This document shows, one piece after another, positions 11,067 to 24,679 of a stretch of 64,000 nucleotides of DNA (position 1 is its first letter; every line of letters starts with the position of its first letter). The stretch comes from Hydrolagus colliei. Lineage: Eukaryota. The notes beneath the pieces are model-generated. The model was not told where the DNA came from. It worked only from the letters and a program-made list of their open reading frames with translations, and ran no database searches. Both the position numbers and the translations under genes were made by a program. The stretch lies in the NCBI GenBank assembly GCA_035084275.1, contig CM068751.1, positions 6,758,001 to 6,822,000 of the forward strand, read 5' to 3'.

Positions 11067-13604
11067 CTATTGGTTTTGAATGCTTGATTTTCCTTTGCTG
11101 CTGACTCTAATTTAGCTGCCAGAACAAAACACATAGTCTATGCTTTTGTGCAACCATCAAACTGAATATATCAAAAATGACAAGTAGCAGCATACCAATG
11201 GAAAATTTAGCTTGTGGATTAATAACTTGGAGCTTCCCCCCACTCGGGATATTATTGAAACGTTCAACAGTATTCCTGAGGATAAGTCTGTTTTATACAA
11301 TATAAAGCAACGGAAGGTTAATGTACAAATGATTGCTGGAGCATCTGAAACCTGTGTTGTCCTGTGGCACTGTTAATAGAGCAGACAGAGTGTCAACATT
11401 TCTCCCCATGGTTTGATATCCTCTTTAAATGGCGTGGCTGAAAACTAGAAAAAAAAACAACAAACATGCCTGCCAAGTTCAAGAGTCAGACGCAATGGGA
11501 ATTCAAAACTGACATGATTTTCTGGGCTATGCTTATGCCTGTGACTGCACACAAAAACTCGCTTGCATGCTTTTATTTTTCAATCTTGTGTGATTTCTGG
11601 GGTCCAAGTTTGATGGGTGAATATACTGCAGTGACATAACCTCTGCCACAATCACTTTTTTGGTATTCCTCCATTAATTTATGATGAGTTCTTAAAAGAT
11701 GCCAGAAAGCTACCACTGTACAGCTGTGCAGCCCAGATATGGCCTGCTGCAGACCTGCACCTTGCACCTCTAACCAGCCATTGAACCCTGCCAGGAAAAC
11801 TTAAGAGGTTTTGCCTCCAGGCACTTTGGCAGACTCTTTCTGAGTGGTGTCCTCATAGTGAACCTCGATGGAAATGCTTCGGTTACTACAAAAGATATCA
11901 TTTACATGATGTGGAAAAAAAAAATAGTGCTTTTCGCATGATTGCTATTTGTCGTCACCTGAACATTTACTCAATTCAGCAGTTGATCCAAAATTGTTCT
12001 CCAATTTAATGTTAAAAAAAATTCTTATTTGGGCAACAAGTTTGTTTCATTGTACCGTTGACTGAAAACTTTATCTGCGACTGGGAAGAGCCTTTGAACA
12101 CTCCTAACCCAGGTGAGGTACAGAAAGGTTAGTTAAACTACTGAACACCAAAGTGAAGGATGTAACATGCTGCTTTCATTTGTGGTTAACTAGAGACATC
12201 TATGGATCCCTTACATTTATTGTCAATTCGAAGTCAATCCTGATAAGCTCCAAAAAAAATCCTATTGCAGCTTATGAACAAAGAATGACCTTGCGTAAAA
12301 AAATTGAACAAAGGGACCTGAAGGTGTATGGTTGAATGGTGATCCCCCAAAATAATCGAGCAATGACAATTTGTAGCAACAAATGAACAAAATCTACATC
12401 ATCCATAGTGTGTTCCTGTGATAAATTGCATGCTTTACAGTGCAGGCACTTTGAAATATCTAAGTGGAAGGTAGATAGTGAATAGTTAAGGTGAGCGTGT
12501 CTTTTGTCTTTGAACAAAATAATGAATTTATGTGGAATAAAAATGCTATTATAAAACAATTCTGTGCTTTGGCTTGCTGCTGTTGTGCTAATCCTCCAAT
12601 CCGTTTTTCAACTGAAGAACTAATATTAACTCATTGAAATGCGGCAGAGGAACAGTAAAAGTTATGGCTTGTTTCTCCATTAGTGTTATTACCAGAAGAA
12701 AACAAGTAATTAAAAAAATCTTCTGCCCAGTTTTCCTTACAGTTTTTCTTCTGCATCATATAGGGAAATTTGTAAAGCCTGTCCCTTAAGGAGGAACTAA
12801 CTGTGTATACCCGTTTCAATGAATAATTAGAGTTGAAATCTGATTTCTATGTTTGGACTTCATAACTACAGGATTGTTCAAAACCCCAATTAAAATTCTT
12901 CTTTCCAAGTCCATGATAATTCATTTCTCAGAAATACATTATTATAATTGATTTTTGTTACCATGCTATCCATAAACCAGTAAAACTCGGTCAATTAGAT
13001 ATGTCCAATTGAAATATTGTATTGATAATACAGAGAATTCATTCAGACTTATCCAGGTTGGACACCCATGGCACAAAATGGATCATTTGTTACTGTACAA
13101 TTCTGTCGCAAAACTCAACTTAAATGCAAATCATTCTCAAATGGCACATTAATAACATATCATTGATTGATTGATTCAAGTGTTCTGGTCAATTTTGCAG
13201 TTCAGATTATAAACAGACTGGATGGTTATTTACATGGGAATAAATAAGATAATAGCAAATTATTGCAGTCCTATTGATGAAGGAAGGGTAAATACATATT
13301 TCGACAGAATATTAAAACCTTTCAGCATTCACATAATGACCTGAACTGCATGCGCAAATAAAATTATTCTCGATGTTGGGCTTGGCTTAGATAACAGTGT
13401 GCAATTCTTGTTCCCCCCCTGAGTGAGAATTTTACTACCACTTGTTGCTTAGCCCTTATTGCTTTCCCTATGAAATGTCAATTCTCAAGCAGGCACGGTA
13501 TTAGGGGGAAAAAATGATCTCCAGTAAATAAAAAAAGCCACAAAGGTAGATTCCACTCACTATTTCTGTTGGAAATTGTGTATGTACAAATTGAGCCTGA
13601 TGGG

Positions 13605-14034
13605 NNNNNNNNNNNNNNNNNNNNNNNNNNNNNNNNNNNNNNNNNNNNNNNNNNNNNNNNNNNNNNNNNNNNNNNNNNNNNNNNNNNNNNNNNNNNNNNN
13701 NNNNNNNNNNNNNNNNNNNNNNNNNNNNNNNNNNNNNNNNNNNNNNNNNNNNNNNNNNNNNNNNNNNNNNNNNNNNNNNNNNNNNNNNNNNNNNNNNNNN
13801 NNNNNNNNNNNNNNNNNNNNNNNNNNNNNNNNNNNNNNNNNNNNNNNNNNNNNNNNNNNNNNNNNNNNNNNNNNNNNNNNNNNNNNNNNNNNNNNNNNNN
13901 NNNNNNNNNNNNNNNNNNNNNNNNNNNNNNNNNNNNNNNNNNNNNNNNNNNNNNNNNNNNNNNNNNNNNNNNNNNNNNNNNNNNNNNNNNNNNNNNNNNN
14001 NNNNNNNNNNNNNNNNNNNNNNNNNNNNNNNNNN
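13605..14034. other. Assembly gap (430 N)
   Basis: Run of n in the sequence. Confidence 1.
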
Positions 14035-14737
14035 CCACTTGGGGGTTTGGGGGCAATTGTTATAGTCATGATACTGTACATCAGCATGATTCATCACCCT
14101 CAGGAACAGAGGAAGGAGTCCTCTGAGAGAGAGTATCAAACTTTTTTGTTGTTGAATATTTTCTAAAGTTTACTCCACTCAATTTCATATGAATATGCTG
14201 GAGTTAGCACAGAAAAAGTACTATGGATGCAGGATTTTCAGCACTCTGAGCTGCTATATCAATTAAGTTGTTGTTGTATTAGATAATAATGATATATCGG
14301 ATAATATTTATTTAATACCGTATTGATTAATAATAAATCTGCTTGAAAAATGGCGTGTGACACCTGCAATTTCTTGCTTGTTGTTGTTGACCTGAAAAGA
14401 ACCCCATCTATCTTAAAAAAACTTGTTCATTGATTTTGTTTTGTTTACCATAGGATCAATCATACGAGATTGCACCTTTGGAAAATTAAGGGTAATAGCT
14501 AATAATTTATTGTGTAATATAATATCTATTTATGCTATCTTTTTTTGTGTTTGGAGAATTTTCTGTCTGTGTGTTATGACAACTGATAAAAGCAGAATAC
14601 TTAGGGGTTTATGTATTCTCAATCTTGATTTAGAGTCTTTACAAATATTCTGACAATAAAGCCAAAAAGTATGAGTTCTCTCCCCATCCCCCCACCACTC
14701 ACCCCCAAGAGGCCCATGTCACTGTGTCGAAGACTAC

Positions 14738-15057
14738 ATAATAATAATCCTTGCATTTGATATAGTGCTTTTTCACGTCTTCTAGACATCTCAAAGCGCT
14801 CCACAGAAAAAAACTGTAAAGTGAATTGATATGTGAGCGAAATGCGGCAGCCAATTGCATACAATAGTGTCCCACAAACAGTCATGGATTGCTTGATTAT
14901 TGGGGTTTTTTGAGGAATTATTATTGGGGGGTTTTGAGGAATTATTATGAGGCGTGTGGAGTAAAGAAACTTGCCCAAGGTTTTGCTCTGCCTGGAACTG
15001 AACCCAGGTCTCTCACTTGTAAGGCGAGTGCTCTAACCATTGAGCAACAAGACTGCA
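14738..15057 (-). mobile_element. Full-length SINE (dominant family) with an internal 24-bp duplication
   Basis: Tail, body and tRNA-like head are present. attattgggg..ttttgaggaatt is repeated at 14896-14943. Confidence 0.92.
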
Positions 15058-15736
15058 TGGAACTACAGGACTTGTTAGGCAAATGTGATCTCTGAAATCC
15101 CATGAGATACATAGACTATTTTATCAGCAAAACGCAAAATTGCAAAAAGTTTTAATGACAATGGACTTTTTAAAGACTATAAAACAAAAGTGTACAGTAT
15201 CTGCAACAAACCTGAATTTTAAATATTAAAACCGTGTTCTGTACTTTCTTATGGTAGTACTCTGTGAATGAAACACTAAGCTGATTTGGGTCTGGGTACA
15301 TGTACAGAGATCTTTGCACAATAAACAGCAGCTTGACAAAAACAAAATATCAGGAAGGCCACATTGAGAATTTACCATCAAATGTTCCAATCTGCAAATG
15401 ATGACCTCCATTAGAATGGCATTTTTGGCATATTCTGGTTTGTGGAGGAGTGGAAGGGAAACATTCTAGTGGCCATTCTCTTGAGGTTTAGGGTTTCTTT
15501 CATGGAGTTACACTTCTAATGACCCGTTGCTTATAAAATGTGTTGGCTAATAGGGTATGGATGGGAATGGTCCTGAGCTGAGCATTTGATCAGGAAATCC
15601 TGCACTGAGCACAGTGAATGAAAATTCAATTAGTTGTTTCAGTGACAAGGAAGTAGAGGCAAACAATCAATCCAATCAGATTTGGCAGGAAGTATTTCTA
15701 TGTTTGTTTAAAAGCAATAAAGGGACATAAAATTCT

Positions 15737-15792
15737 AACAACAACAAAATTATATTCATAGAGCGCCTTTCACGTCGGGAGGACTTCCCAAG
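15737..15792 (-). mobile_element. L2 tail-only insertion (stem-loop plus TTG repeat)
   Basis: aacaacaacaaaattatattcatagagcgcctttcacgtcgggaggacttcccaag matches 6757-6810. Confidence 0.85.
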
Positions 15793-18003
15793 CAACCTAT
15801 ACTAAGATGCTGGTAGTGTAATTAATTTAATAATAAGACTGAATGAAGGAAAGTTACTGTCGCAAAAGTGACATTATTCCAGTGAATTATATTGAGTTTG
15901 TTTGAAATAAACTTACCAAACTTTAAATAAACAGTTTTCATCTAGCTGGCAGTGAAGGTATCCCAGTAAATGCTTTAATTTTTGCAAGCCTGAATCCTAA
16001 GAATCCCTAATCATTAAACAATTCAATTTGGGTCTGAGTCAAGGATGTCTACTTAATCATTATGCAGTCAGTTCAGTAACCTTCCCAGTAACAGGAATAA
16101 ATCAATATAACACTCCTCTCAAATTCTGAAGATGCTGTTTTCATAATTCTAGTTTGAAGTGGAGTTTTCCTAGCCTGCCTGCCATACAGACATTCATTGT
16201 ATGGTACAGAAGGAGCCTAAAGTTGGAAGCTCTGCCACGTGTTTTAAACACCATTTTACTTTGTTGATGTTAACAGTTATTTCACTTTTTATCAGATGTA
16301 ATAGTTTTTCCTGAGAACAAAAAAGCCGAAAATCATCCAGGTTTCTGCCCACAATATAACCTTTCCTTCCTGTATCTTATGATATCACCAATTTAAAACC
16401 CTCTTTGGGGATTCTAATAATGTATTTGTAATTCAGCCAAGGTAAACCATTGAAAATGTAATACAGCATTTAAAGGTTTGATTTTAAGAACTGACATAGA
16501 TATGGATCATTGGGTCTGTTGAAGCTGCATCTTGAGCGAATTATTAGTGTCATATTGAGCCAATTTAATCAGTCCGAGGGGGATTCATGGGGGGTGGGTG
16601 CGAGTGTTGGTCATACATCCTGACTAAACCTCCTCCAAATGTGATCTTGGTAGTAACTGTGCTAGACATTATATACCTGGAAAGGTTAGTTTATGGTAAA
16701 TGGTTATTGGAGTATTATTGCTGCTGAAAATGGTTGTTTTTTATTTTGCTTTTGCATGCACCAAGTATGAAGAAAAGCAAGAGATTTCGCTGGGATCTTG
16801 AGTAACATTGCAGTGTAAATAATTTTCAACGCTTTTCAATCCCGACGCAGAAGATTTTCATTCGTTTGGCCTTCGATATTCGCTTGGATTTGTTTTTGCA
16901 AAGTGTTCCTTTTATTTGTTTTGAAAAAACAAAGGCACGAGGCATATTATTCACAGAGCCTGGGAGTACAGCAACCAAGCAAACTATATTTTTCAATCCA
17001 CCTTTTAATTATTCCAATATAAATCCTAAAACATTGGCTCATAGGCATTGTCAAAATAGTGAGGACAGACATTTGACCTGAAATTGTTTATTGTCTCCCC
17101 TTAGTTAAAGTATTTGGAAAGCTACTTGAGCGCAATAAATTTGTTGAGACTGGTAGTATTGCTCACATGAGATCTTAATGTGTATTATTGATATGAAGCA
17201 GTACGTGATAAAAGTAAGTGATTTGACTGTTCCTATCGCTTCATATTTACTTGTTCAGCACTGTTAGATTTGACCTTTGGCGCCGTTCAGTACTCATAGT
17301 ACTTTGATTCGAGCTGTTTATAGAAATTGAAATAATTACAAAACTCTTTGCATCATTAAGAGGGAGATTGAGTTGCATTCATGGGAACTTTTTGAAAATA
17401 CATATTTTTTTAAACCCGGTTTTATAATTTGTGCTGAGCTTGTCAACAAGAAGACCCTGGACGGGGCCAGGCTAGACTGAGGCTCGGGTGACGTAGAGGC
17501 TGCCTTTGTAATCTTTCGACTGTGGATAGCGTTTAAACACACGCACTGTACCCACACTGAACAATGAAATGACAGCTTGTGACCATGGAAAGTCACAATA
17601 TACAGTACTCTACAGCCTTTGGGTGGGTGGGTGCATGGGTGCATGTGTGGGTAGGTGGATAAGTGGACGAAAAGGAGTTTTTTTTTGTTTAAAAAATTGA
17701 AGCCAGACAAGTTAACCAAGACCTTAGAATATCAACAAGCACACTTGGGTAACAGCTAGAATAAAGTCTGCTTTTTAAGCGGTAATACCTTCTTTTGCAG
17801 CCCTTTCCAAAAAAAAATATTTTCCGAAACCATTCTTATTGGAGATTCTTGTTTTCCAATTCAGCAGATGACCTTGCCAATCGTGATTTGCCACAACAAC
17901 TTGCATTTATATAATTTCCCAATTTATTGTATTTACCAAAATAAGTAACGCTTTAAAAAGTGTGATTCAATAAACTATTCCAGCCAACACAAGTAATAAT
18001 GTG

Positions 18004-18125
18004 ACAAAAACGCACAATACTGCAGATGCTGGAAATCTGAAACATGAAGAGAAATGGCTGGGAACACTCAGCGGGTCAGGTAGCATCTATGGAGGAAGGA
18101 AAAGTTTTGGATCCACAACCTTATG
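18004..18125 (-). mobile_element. Penelope-like terminal repeat remnant
   Basis: aatactgcagatgctggaaatctgaaa...actcagcgggtcaggtagcatctatggag resembles a very common shark repeat I recall as Penelope-like. The assignment is from memory. Confidence 0.55.
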
Positions 18126-19719
18126 ACCACGTGAATAATTTATTCTTATCAAATATCAATTAAGGAAGTACCCATACATACACGCCTCACTTGCCTGCAA
18201 AAATCCAAGTCTCTCATTCAAACTGATAGAAATCGACCAACAAAACATTTTTTGAATGGATCACTGACAAAATCATCAGTAAACAATTGAAGATGGACAA
18301 TGTCATGTTTTCTATAGTGTTCCAATAGTAATAAAACATAATAATAATAATATTATTTGCGCTGGGGTGACTTTGATAGCTTACGTCTTGATTTATTAAA
18401 AATGTTATTAAATCAAAATGTATTAATTTGCAGACTTGCCGTTCTTTGTGACATAAACTCAAGCGTGTTCAGCTTTTTAATAAAAAAAATTATGTTTACA
18501 GCACAGAGCAACATTTATATAAGTGGCTCCTTTGACTTGGGCACTAGACCGAGTTTAAGGTCGGAACAGAAAGCAGAACATTGCCAGCTAATTGAATATG
18601 CCTTAAGTTACAGGTATCACTTGTGGCCCAGAGTTTATTGTTTTCAATTTTAGCCAAAAGGTTTAAGAGAAAAAAAAAGATAAGTATATAATCAAAACAA
18701 CATTCTGCACCTAAATTAAAGCCACAGCGAGTGTGTCCTCTGTTGAAAGTTTAAACCTGGTGAGATCTGACAACTTTCTGTAAGCTGTGACTGAAATACA
18801 TTACATCTTTATTGAATTAATCCTGATAAGGATCAGAACTTTAAGCTAGGGGTGAGGTGCTGGCTTGCACTAGCATTGCTTGAAGCAGAAAATTCTTGAA
18901 AGAATATTGATTCTGGCAGGCCTGAACTTCACGGAACAAGCATTCACTTTCTAAGGTAAAGATGTTAGACAGTTTGGGGCAACAACTTAACAAAACCCCA
19001 TATTCTTACACACACATTCTATGCTGTAACAACTGAACAAATAATGTACATATTGGACCAGTTACTGAAGCTGCTGCAGTAGCTTTTCTATTATATAAAT
19101 GTATGTGACTTTAAATTAAACTCAAAGCATCTGTTTTATTTTATTTGTATTTTTGGTTCGAAATGAGATTGGAAGTTAAACAATTTAAGTTTGAATATTT
19201 AATTTCCATGTATTAAACAAATATTTCTATGTAGAGTATAACACAAGTAATTTTTAAAATAAAATCTTTATTTATACCAGGATAGTTATTAGTTTTGATC
19301 AGCTGCTATATATTATGACTGGAAACAGGTAGTCTAACTGAGAGTGTAAGGCTCAACTGATAAACCCTTTACAACAAATATCGCAGCTATTTGAAGGCAA
19401 TTATTATTAATAACAATATTCCTTGCATTTGATGTATCGCCTTATCATTTTATCTCAAAATGTTTTATAGGATTTAGTATTATGATGTGTGAAGACTGGG
19501 TATTTGTCAGCTAATCTTATTCAATAAAGAGATTATTTATTGTCAATTTTTGCACCTAGTGCAATTTTGAAAGTTAAAAGCACTTAAATATATTGAATGA
19601 ACTGGGTCTGTGCAACTTGTCCATCATGATCTCCTCAATACTAAATAAAACCTCTCACTCTCAACCCTGGTCTTGATAACACATATTTACACTGATAGAT
19701 ACATTCACAACGAACAGGT

Positions 19720-19768
19720 AATTCGGATCTTGGTTTCATATATCATCTGAAGATGGCACCTCTGACAA
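19720..19768 (-). mobile_element. Deu-domain SINE fragment
   Basis: tcatctgaagatggcacctctgacaat is nearly the reverse complement of 41778-41804 (ttgtcagaggtgccgtccttcagatga). Confidence 0.65.
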
Positions 19769-19781
19769 TAAAAATGATCAA

Positions 19782-19866
19782 AATAATAATCATTGCTTAT
19801 GATATCACATTGTTGAGGCATTTAAAAGCGCTTCACAGAATATATTGACTGTATTCTGTGGATGAA
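19782..19866 (-). mobile_element. Eroded SINE tail
   Basis: aataataatc...aaagcgcttcacagaatata...ttgactgtatt. Confidence 0.6.
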
Positions 19867-20144
19867 GCTAAATGTTATAAAATAAAATTGGTTAAAAATG
19901 CAACACAAATGGTAAGTCTGACATTTTTACACAGACATTCGTACATGAATCCCAGCTAGAATTAAATGACAGCTTATGTTCCTATGAACACTGCAACATC
20001 AAACAAACCCTGTATTGCTTATATGTAAAAGTGTAAACTTTTTTGGAAATGAACAGATAAGTGCTAAAAGAAATCTTTCTTTGTGGCTTTTTGTAAAACA
20101 GAAATCCTCTTGGCAACACTCCTATGAAAAGCTTTTCAATAATT

Positions 20145-20464
20145 AATAATAATAATCCTTACATCTGCTATAGCACTTTTCACGTCTTGTAGACGTCTCA
20201 AAGCGCTTCACAGAACATACTGTAAAGTAAATTGATTGTGTATTTGTGGGCGAAATGTGGCAGTCAATTGCGCACAGCAGCGTCCCACAAACAGTCGTGG
20301 ATTGAATTGACCGATTTATATCATCGTTGGATTTTTCTTGAGGGATTATTTATCAGGCGTGTCGAGTAAAAAAAAACTTGCCCAAGGTTTCGCCCTGGCA
20401 GGAATCAAACCCAGATCTCTCGCTTGCCGAGGCGAGTGCTCGAACCACTGAGCTACAAGACTCC
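20145..20464 (-). mobile_element. Full-length, CpG-retaining SINE (dominant family)
   Basis: Complete head-body-tail. Many CpGs are intact, so it is probably among the youngest copies. Confidence 0.95.
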
Positions 20465-22119
20465 CTGAATCTCTGAACACCGGTACCGGCATTGAGGACA
20501 TTGGTTAGACGTTGATCACACCGGTGTTTTCTTTAAGAAAAATATTCTCTGTGCTGCGATGGTGCTTTTGCATAACCTTCCATTTGTTATGGAATGGTGT
20601 GGCAAAGATACCAGATCAAAGGCAAGAAGAAGGGTGTGGGAAGATGTTTTTCATTTATGTTACAGTCGTAAACTTCGGTCACACTTTTGTAACATTAAAT
20701 GTATGGTGAGGGCCACATGCCTTCTGCCAAGTTTACACATTCAACAATGAAGTTAAATAAACATTGCAACACTTAACATAAACACAGGAGTTATGTCAGA
20801 TAACTTCTATAAATATTTACACTTTTCTTTTTAACCAGTGTTTGCCATCTAATCCACCATTCGTTGTGCGGTCGTTTACTCTTGTGAAAGATGGCTATCT
20901 GCTTTGTGCGTCTACCATGTATTCCATATAATGTTTTGTGTTTCTCAAGCATGTTAAATTTTTATCAGCTACTGTGGCATTTCTACCTCTATGATCAAAC
21001 AGTTCAAGGCACATTACTGTAAGAACACTTCAAGCCTCTTTTTTTCTGTCGATGCTAAATTCAAGGGTGTGTGATATATACAGATATATATATATAAATC
21101 ATCACTTTCTCTCACACAACTATCACTGCTCGCCTACTCTGAGAATGGGCTGACAATATCCTAAAAGGTGCACCTGTTTTCCGACCAGATAATGCCTACG
21201 GCAGCTGGCAAAATATAGAAATAAAGGATGGTTGGAGGAGTCATTCTCACAGCAGTGCATGGTGACCCAACTCTATTGCACGGCTTATCAAGCGTTTAAT
21301 GATTAGACTGAGTTATTTGTCCATGTTCAGGGAGTGTCTTGTACGAACCAGGTCAACATTAACAGTCCAACAGCAGCCGTGTTGCAGAATTGCCAAAATG
21401 ACTGTAGTTTTTATTGTTTGTATGTCATCTGCCAGCTTACGTTACTCTGTATAGAGGTGTGAAGGGCCGTACTCCATCCTAGCCTTATTTTTGTTTGTTT
21501 ATAGTTGGTTTTTCATCAGATCGAACAAATCAACAGGTGTGTCATTTCTTAATTCTTGGCAAACGATTTGATTTCAGTGTGTGGAGAGGAAGAGTTTTCC
21601 GAAGAATAGGATTTTTGACTCACACTCGTTGAACTAAAAACTGATTTATTGATTTATTACCATTTAACACGGTAACTAAGTATTTCATTTTCACCGAAGT
21701 ACAGACCAAACTTACTTGTCCTTAATTTGTTTAGGATCTTTTGCTGATTAAATCTTGTTTCGCTGTTGTGAAAATCAGATAAACAAGAAGAAATTACACT
21801 TCAGTGGTCTTAGACACTAGTACGCTATACAAATGCAAGTTGTTGTTACATAATCTCAAATTTGTGTCTCAAAAAAATGTCATGCCTAGATTATTCTTAT
21901 ATATTTGAAGCACCTACCCGTAATTCACACTGAACGTTCTATAATGGAGATAGTCTCAATTGCATGCTTGAACCCTGCTTTGACTGTAACCTTTGCCCCT
22001 TTCCCAAGTTCAGGTGCAGTGCAGGACACACTTGTAATGCAAGCAAAAGCAGTTTGTTTAAAATGCCCAAGTGAAGCCAGTTATACACTTGGCTTGTGGA
22101 GAAGGTACATTTTCTGCTG

Positions 22120-22250
22120 TTAATAAAAAGCAGAGAGTGATGATGAATGGAGATATTTCTGTGGTGGGCAGTGACTGATGGGGTTCTGCAGAAGTCTATA
22201 TTGTATCCCCTGCAGTTCATATCATTCATAACTAATGCAGATTTAGGGCG
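22120..22250 (+). mobile_element. CR1 reverse transcriptase fragment
   Basis: Encodes KQRVMMNG...VTDGVLQKSILYPLQFISFI, a decayed version of the QRVVING...VTSGVPQGSVLGPLLF motif. Confidence 0.75.
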
Positions 22251-22954
22251 TGTTTTGATTACGCTACATTTTGTTATATAAAATTTTCTGAAGACATCAT
22301 TTTATGTGGTCAATTAATGCCAAGCATGAACATTTATATTTAAAAGGACCAAATAAATGGATGATCTGAGGAATATCAGACCAATTTTATGCTGTGACCT
22401 ACGCTGTGTTTAGAGGATGAAGATTTTCACCCTCCAAACATGCGCAAATCACCCAAATTAGGCATGTGTATTTTGTATGGATTCAAGGTGATCTGGATAG
22501 TGAAGCGAATTGGGCATCATAAACCTGGCTTCCTGCTCATCCTCACTGCACATTGCTAGGAGTGAAACATTTCTGGTCTCAGACTTTGTCGCTAGCAATG
22601 CAATCACTTGTTAATGTAACTCTATATAATATTTATCCACGTTGAAAACCGAGGTGCGAAGAGAAATATAAATTTGGAAGACGTGACTGTCAAAGAGAGA
22701 GGGAGGCATATCAAGATGATAACTGAATATTTATTGACATTGACCAGTCAATGCGAGGATCTTTACAAGGCCAATTATCCACCTTTATTTTAAAAAATCA
22801 CATTTCACTATAAGTTTAATCAGTGATTTCTAACTTCGCAAAATTATATTTTAAATTTTTTTTATAGTTTCAGGCAGGCTAATTTCATTGGAACATTGGT
22901 GAATTGGAGAAAGCGTGAGTCCAGGACTTAAAAAAAAATCAACTGGTTTTCATT

Positions 22955-23130
22955 AGATAGGAGTGGGAAAGGACCTAATGCAGGATTTTTATAAAGTCTT
23001 GGGAGGAATGGGAAAACGCAGATGTAAGCAATCTAGTTTTGAATGTAAAATGAGAGGACACCAGTGTAAAATTGATATGCTGCCAGCAAATTGTGAGCAG
23101 AAGGAATTTTTCCCCCATGGAAACACATCT
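22955..23130 (+). mobile_element. CR1 ORF2 C-terminal fragment
   Basis: GKDLMQDFYKVLGGM...MRGHQCKI resembles RGDLIEVYKIM.G....TRGH..KL. Confidence 0.65.
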
Positions 23131-23309
23131 ATGGGAAACAAAAAAAAAATTGCAAGTTATAACACTACCTCTGTAACCACATCAACAATTGAAGAGAATT
23201 TCTACTTTAATTGAGTTGTCATATAATGACATCAGGTTGATCAAACCCAACATCTTTACAATCGAGGTCTTTGGCACGAGTGAAACATTCTCACAAGACT
23301 TTAAGGGAG

Positions 23310-23900
23310 ATTTGAATGAGAATAGTTGCTCAACCCATCCGTCCAGAATACCCATCCTATTTTCTTTCCATTACAGCATCAGACTGTGTCTTAAATAAGA
23401 TCTGATCTATCTTTGGGAGCACATTGCAACCATTAATCACGTAATCTGTAAAGCAATGCTAATTGGTGTCTGTCCTGAAATTCACCTGCACAGCCCAGAA
23501 TATGCGCCATCTTGTCCAGCTGTCTTGACATGTCTGAAACTATTATTCTGGGTTTACTTTCTCAATCTGATTTAACATCTCATATACTGTATATTGAAAT
23601 GATCTCTTTGGAGAAGTATCTTTTCAAACCCTAGTTGATCAAATGATTCTTGCCGAACCTTGATGATCACCCTCAATGATATCTCAGGAATAAAGGCAAC
23701 TCCTTTACACCCATGTGATGCAGTGCCTTTTGTCTCTTTGCTTCAGAGAACTTGAGTCTCTGGCCTGTCAAACGCTAGTCTTCCCCTTGGTTGTTCCTTT
23801 GAATTCGTTTTTGACCTCATGCCAGCATTTCATTCTCAAACGATTGTATTTAATCTCTCAGAAACCTTCTCCCAGGTTTCTCCCTCGGTATTGGTTGAGA
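23310..23900 (-). mobile_element. Eroded CR1 3' region
   Basis: Antisense pattern gtcctgaaattcacc...ccatcttgtcc...ttctgggtttactttctcaat...catatact is typical of the CR1 ORF2 end. The distal boundary is uncertain. Confidence 0.5.
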
Positions 23901-24078
23901 GAATTCATGGCCATTCCAAATCTTACAGACCACCTGGGCATACACAACCAGGTCGATTTCTTGATCTGAAAGTCTGCGCTTCCTCCACATTGCAGGCACT
24001 GATGCCATTTTGCAGGCTGCTCTGCCAGTGGTATAGTTATATTGACTTGGCTTATCGAGTGCCTGCATTTCTATGCTG

Positions 24079-24190
24079 TTAATAAAAAGCAGAAGGTGAT
24101 GATAAATGGAAAAAGCTCTGGGTGGGGGCAATGACTAATAGAGTTCCGTAGGGGTCTGTGCTGGGTCCCCTGCTGTTCAACATTATTCAT
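24079..24190 (+). mobile_element. CR1 reverse transcriptase fragment
   Basis: KQKVMING...RVP*GSVLGPLLFNII, the canonical GVPQGSVLGPLLF motif with a stop. Confidence 0.85.
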
Positions 24191-24679
24191 CAGGTTTATA
24201 GGGGTCGAGAGGCTCCAGCTTGTTCAAGAACTTATTGCTCCCACCTCGTGATACCTCCTATTGTGGAAATGATTTTAATAAATGGTATATCGTCTCTCAT
24301 AAATCCTTGTTCATTTCCACCTCCTTCAAGGCTTTGCTTCTCAACGTGCAGTTTCTGATGTTTAGCATGAGTATGCATTCTTAGCATTTGTCAATTATCT
24401 GTCCAAACGTGCGAGGTCACTTTTCATGCTTTCGGGAAATGTGCAGCTCAGTTATCTACCACTCGCTATTTTGTACAAACACAGATCCAAGCATTAGACT
24501 CTTGACTGCCCTCTCATGAAAGACTTTTGCCTCTAAATACACAGTCATAATAAACAATGCGCACTATACTTAACAGTAAAATCCTGCGACACGCATTGTG
24601 GCGTCTCAATGTGATAAGGCACTACATATTATCAGAGTAAAAGAATCACAAGCTGAGTCCCTCAATTGTTTGCCAACTA

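Noticed and set aside
13478-14166. Five long ORFs of 175-212 aa
   Set aside because: Artefacts of translating the 430-N gap.
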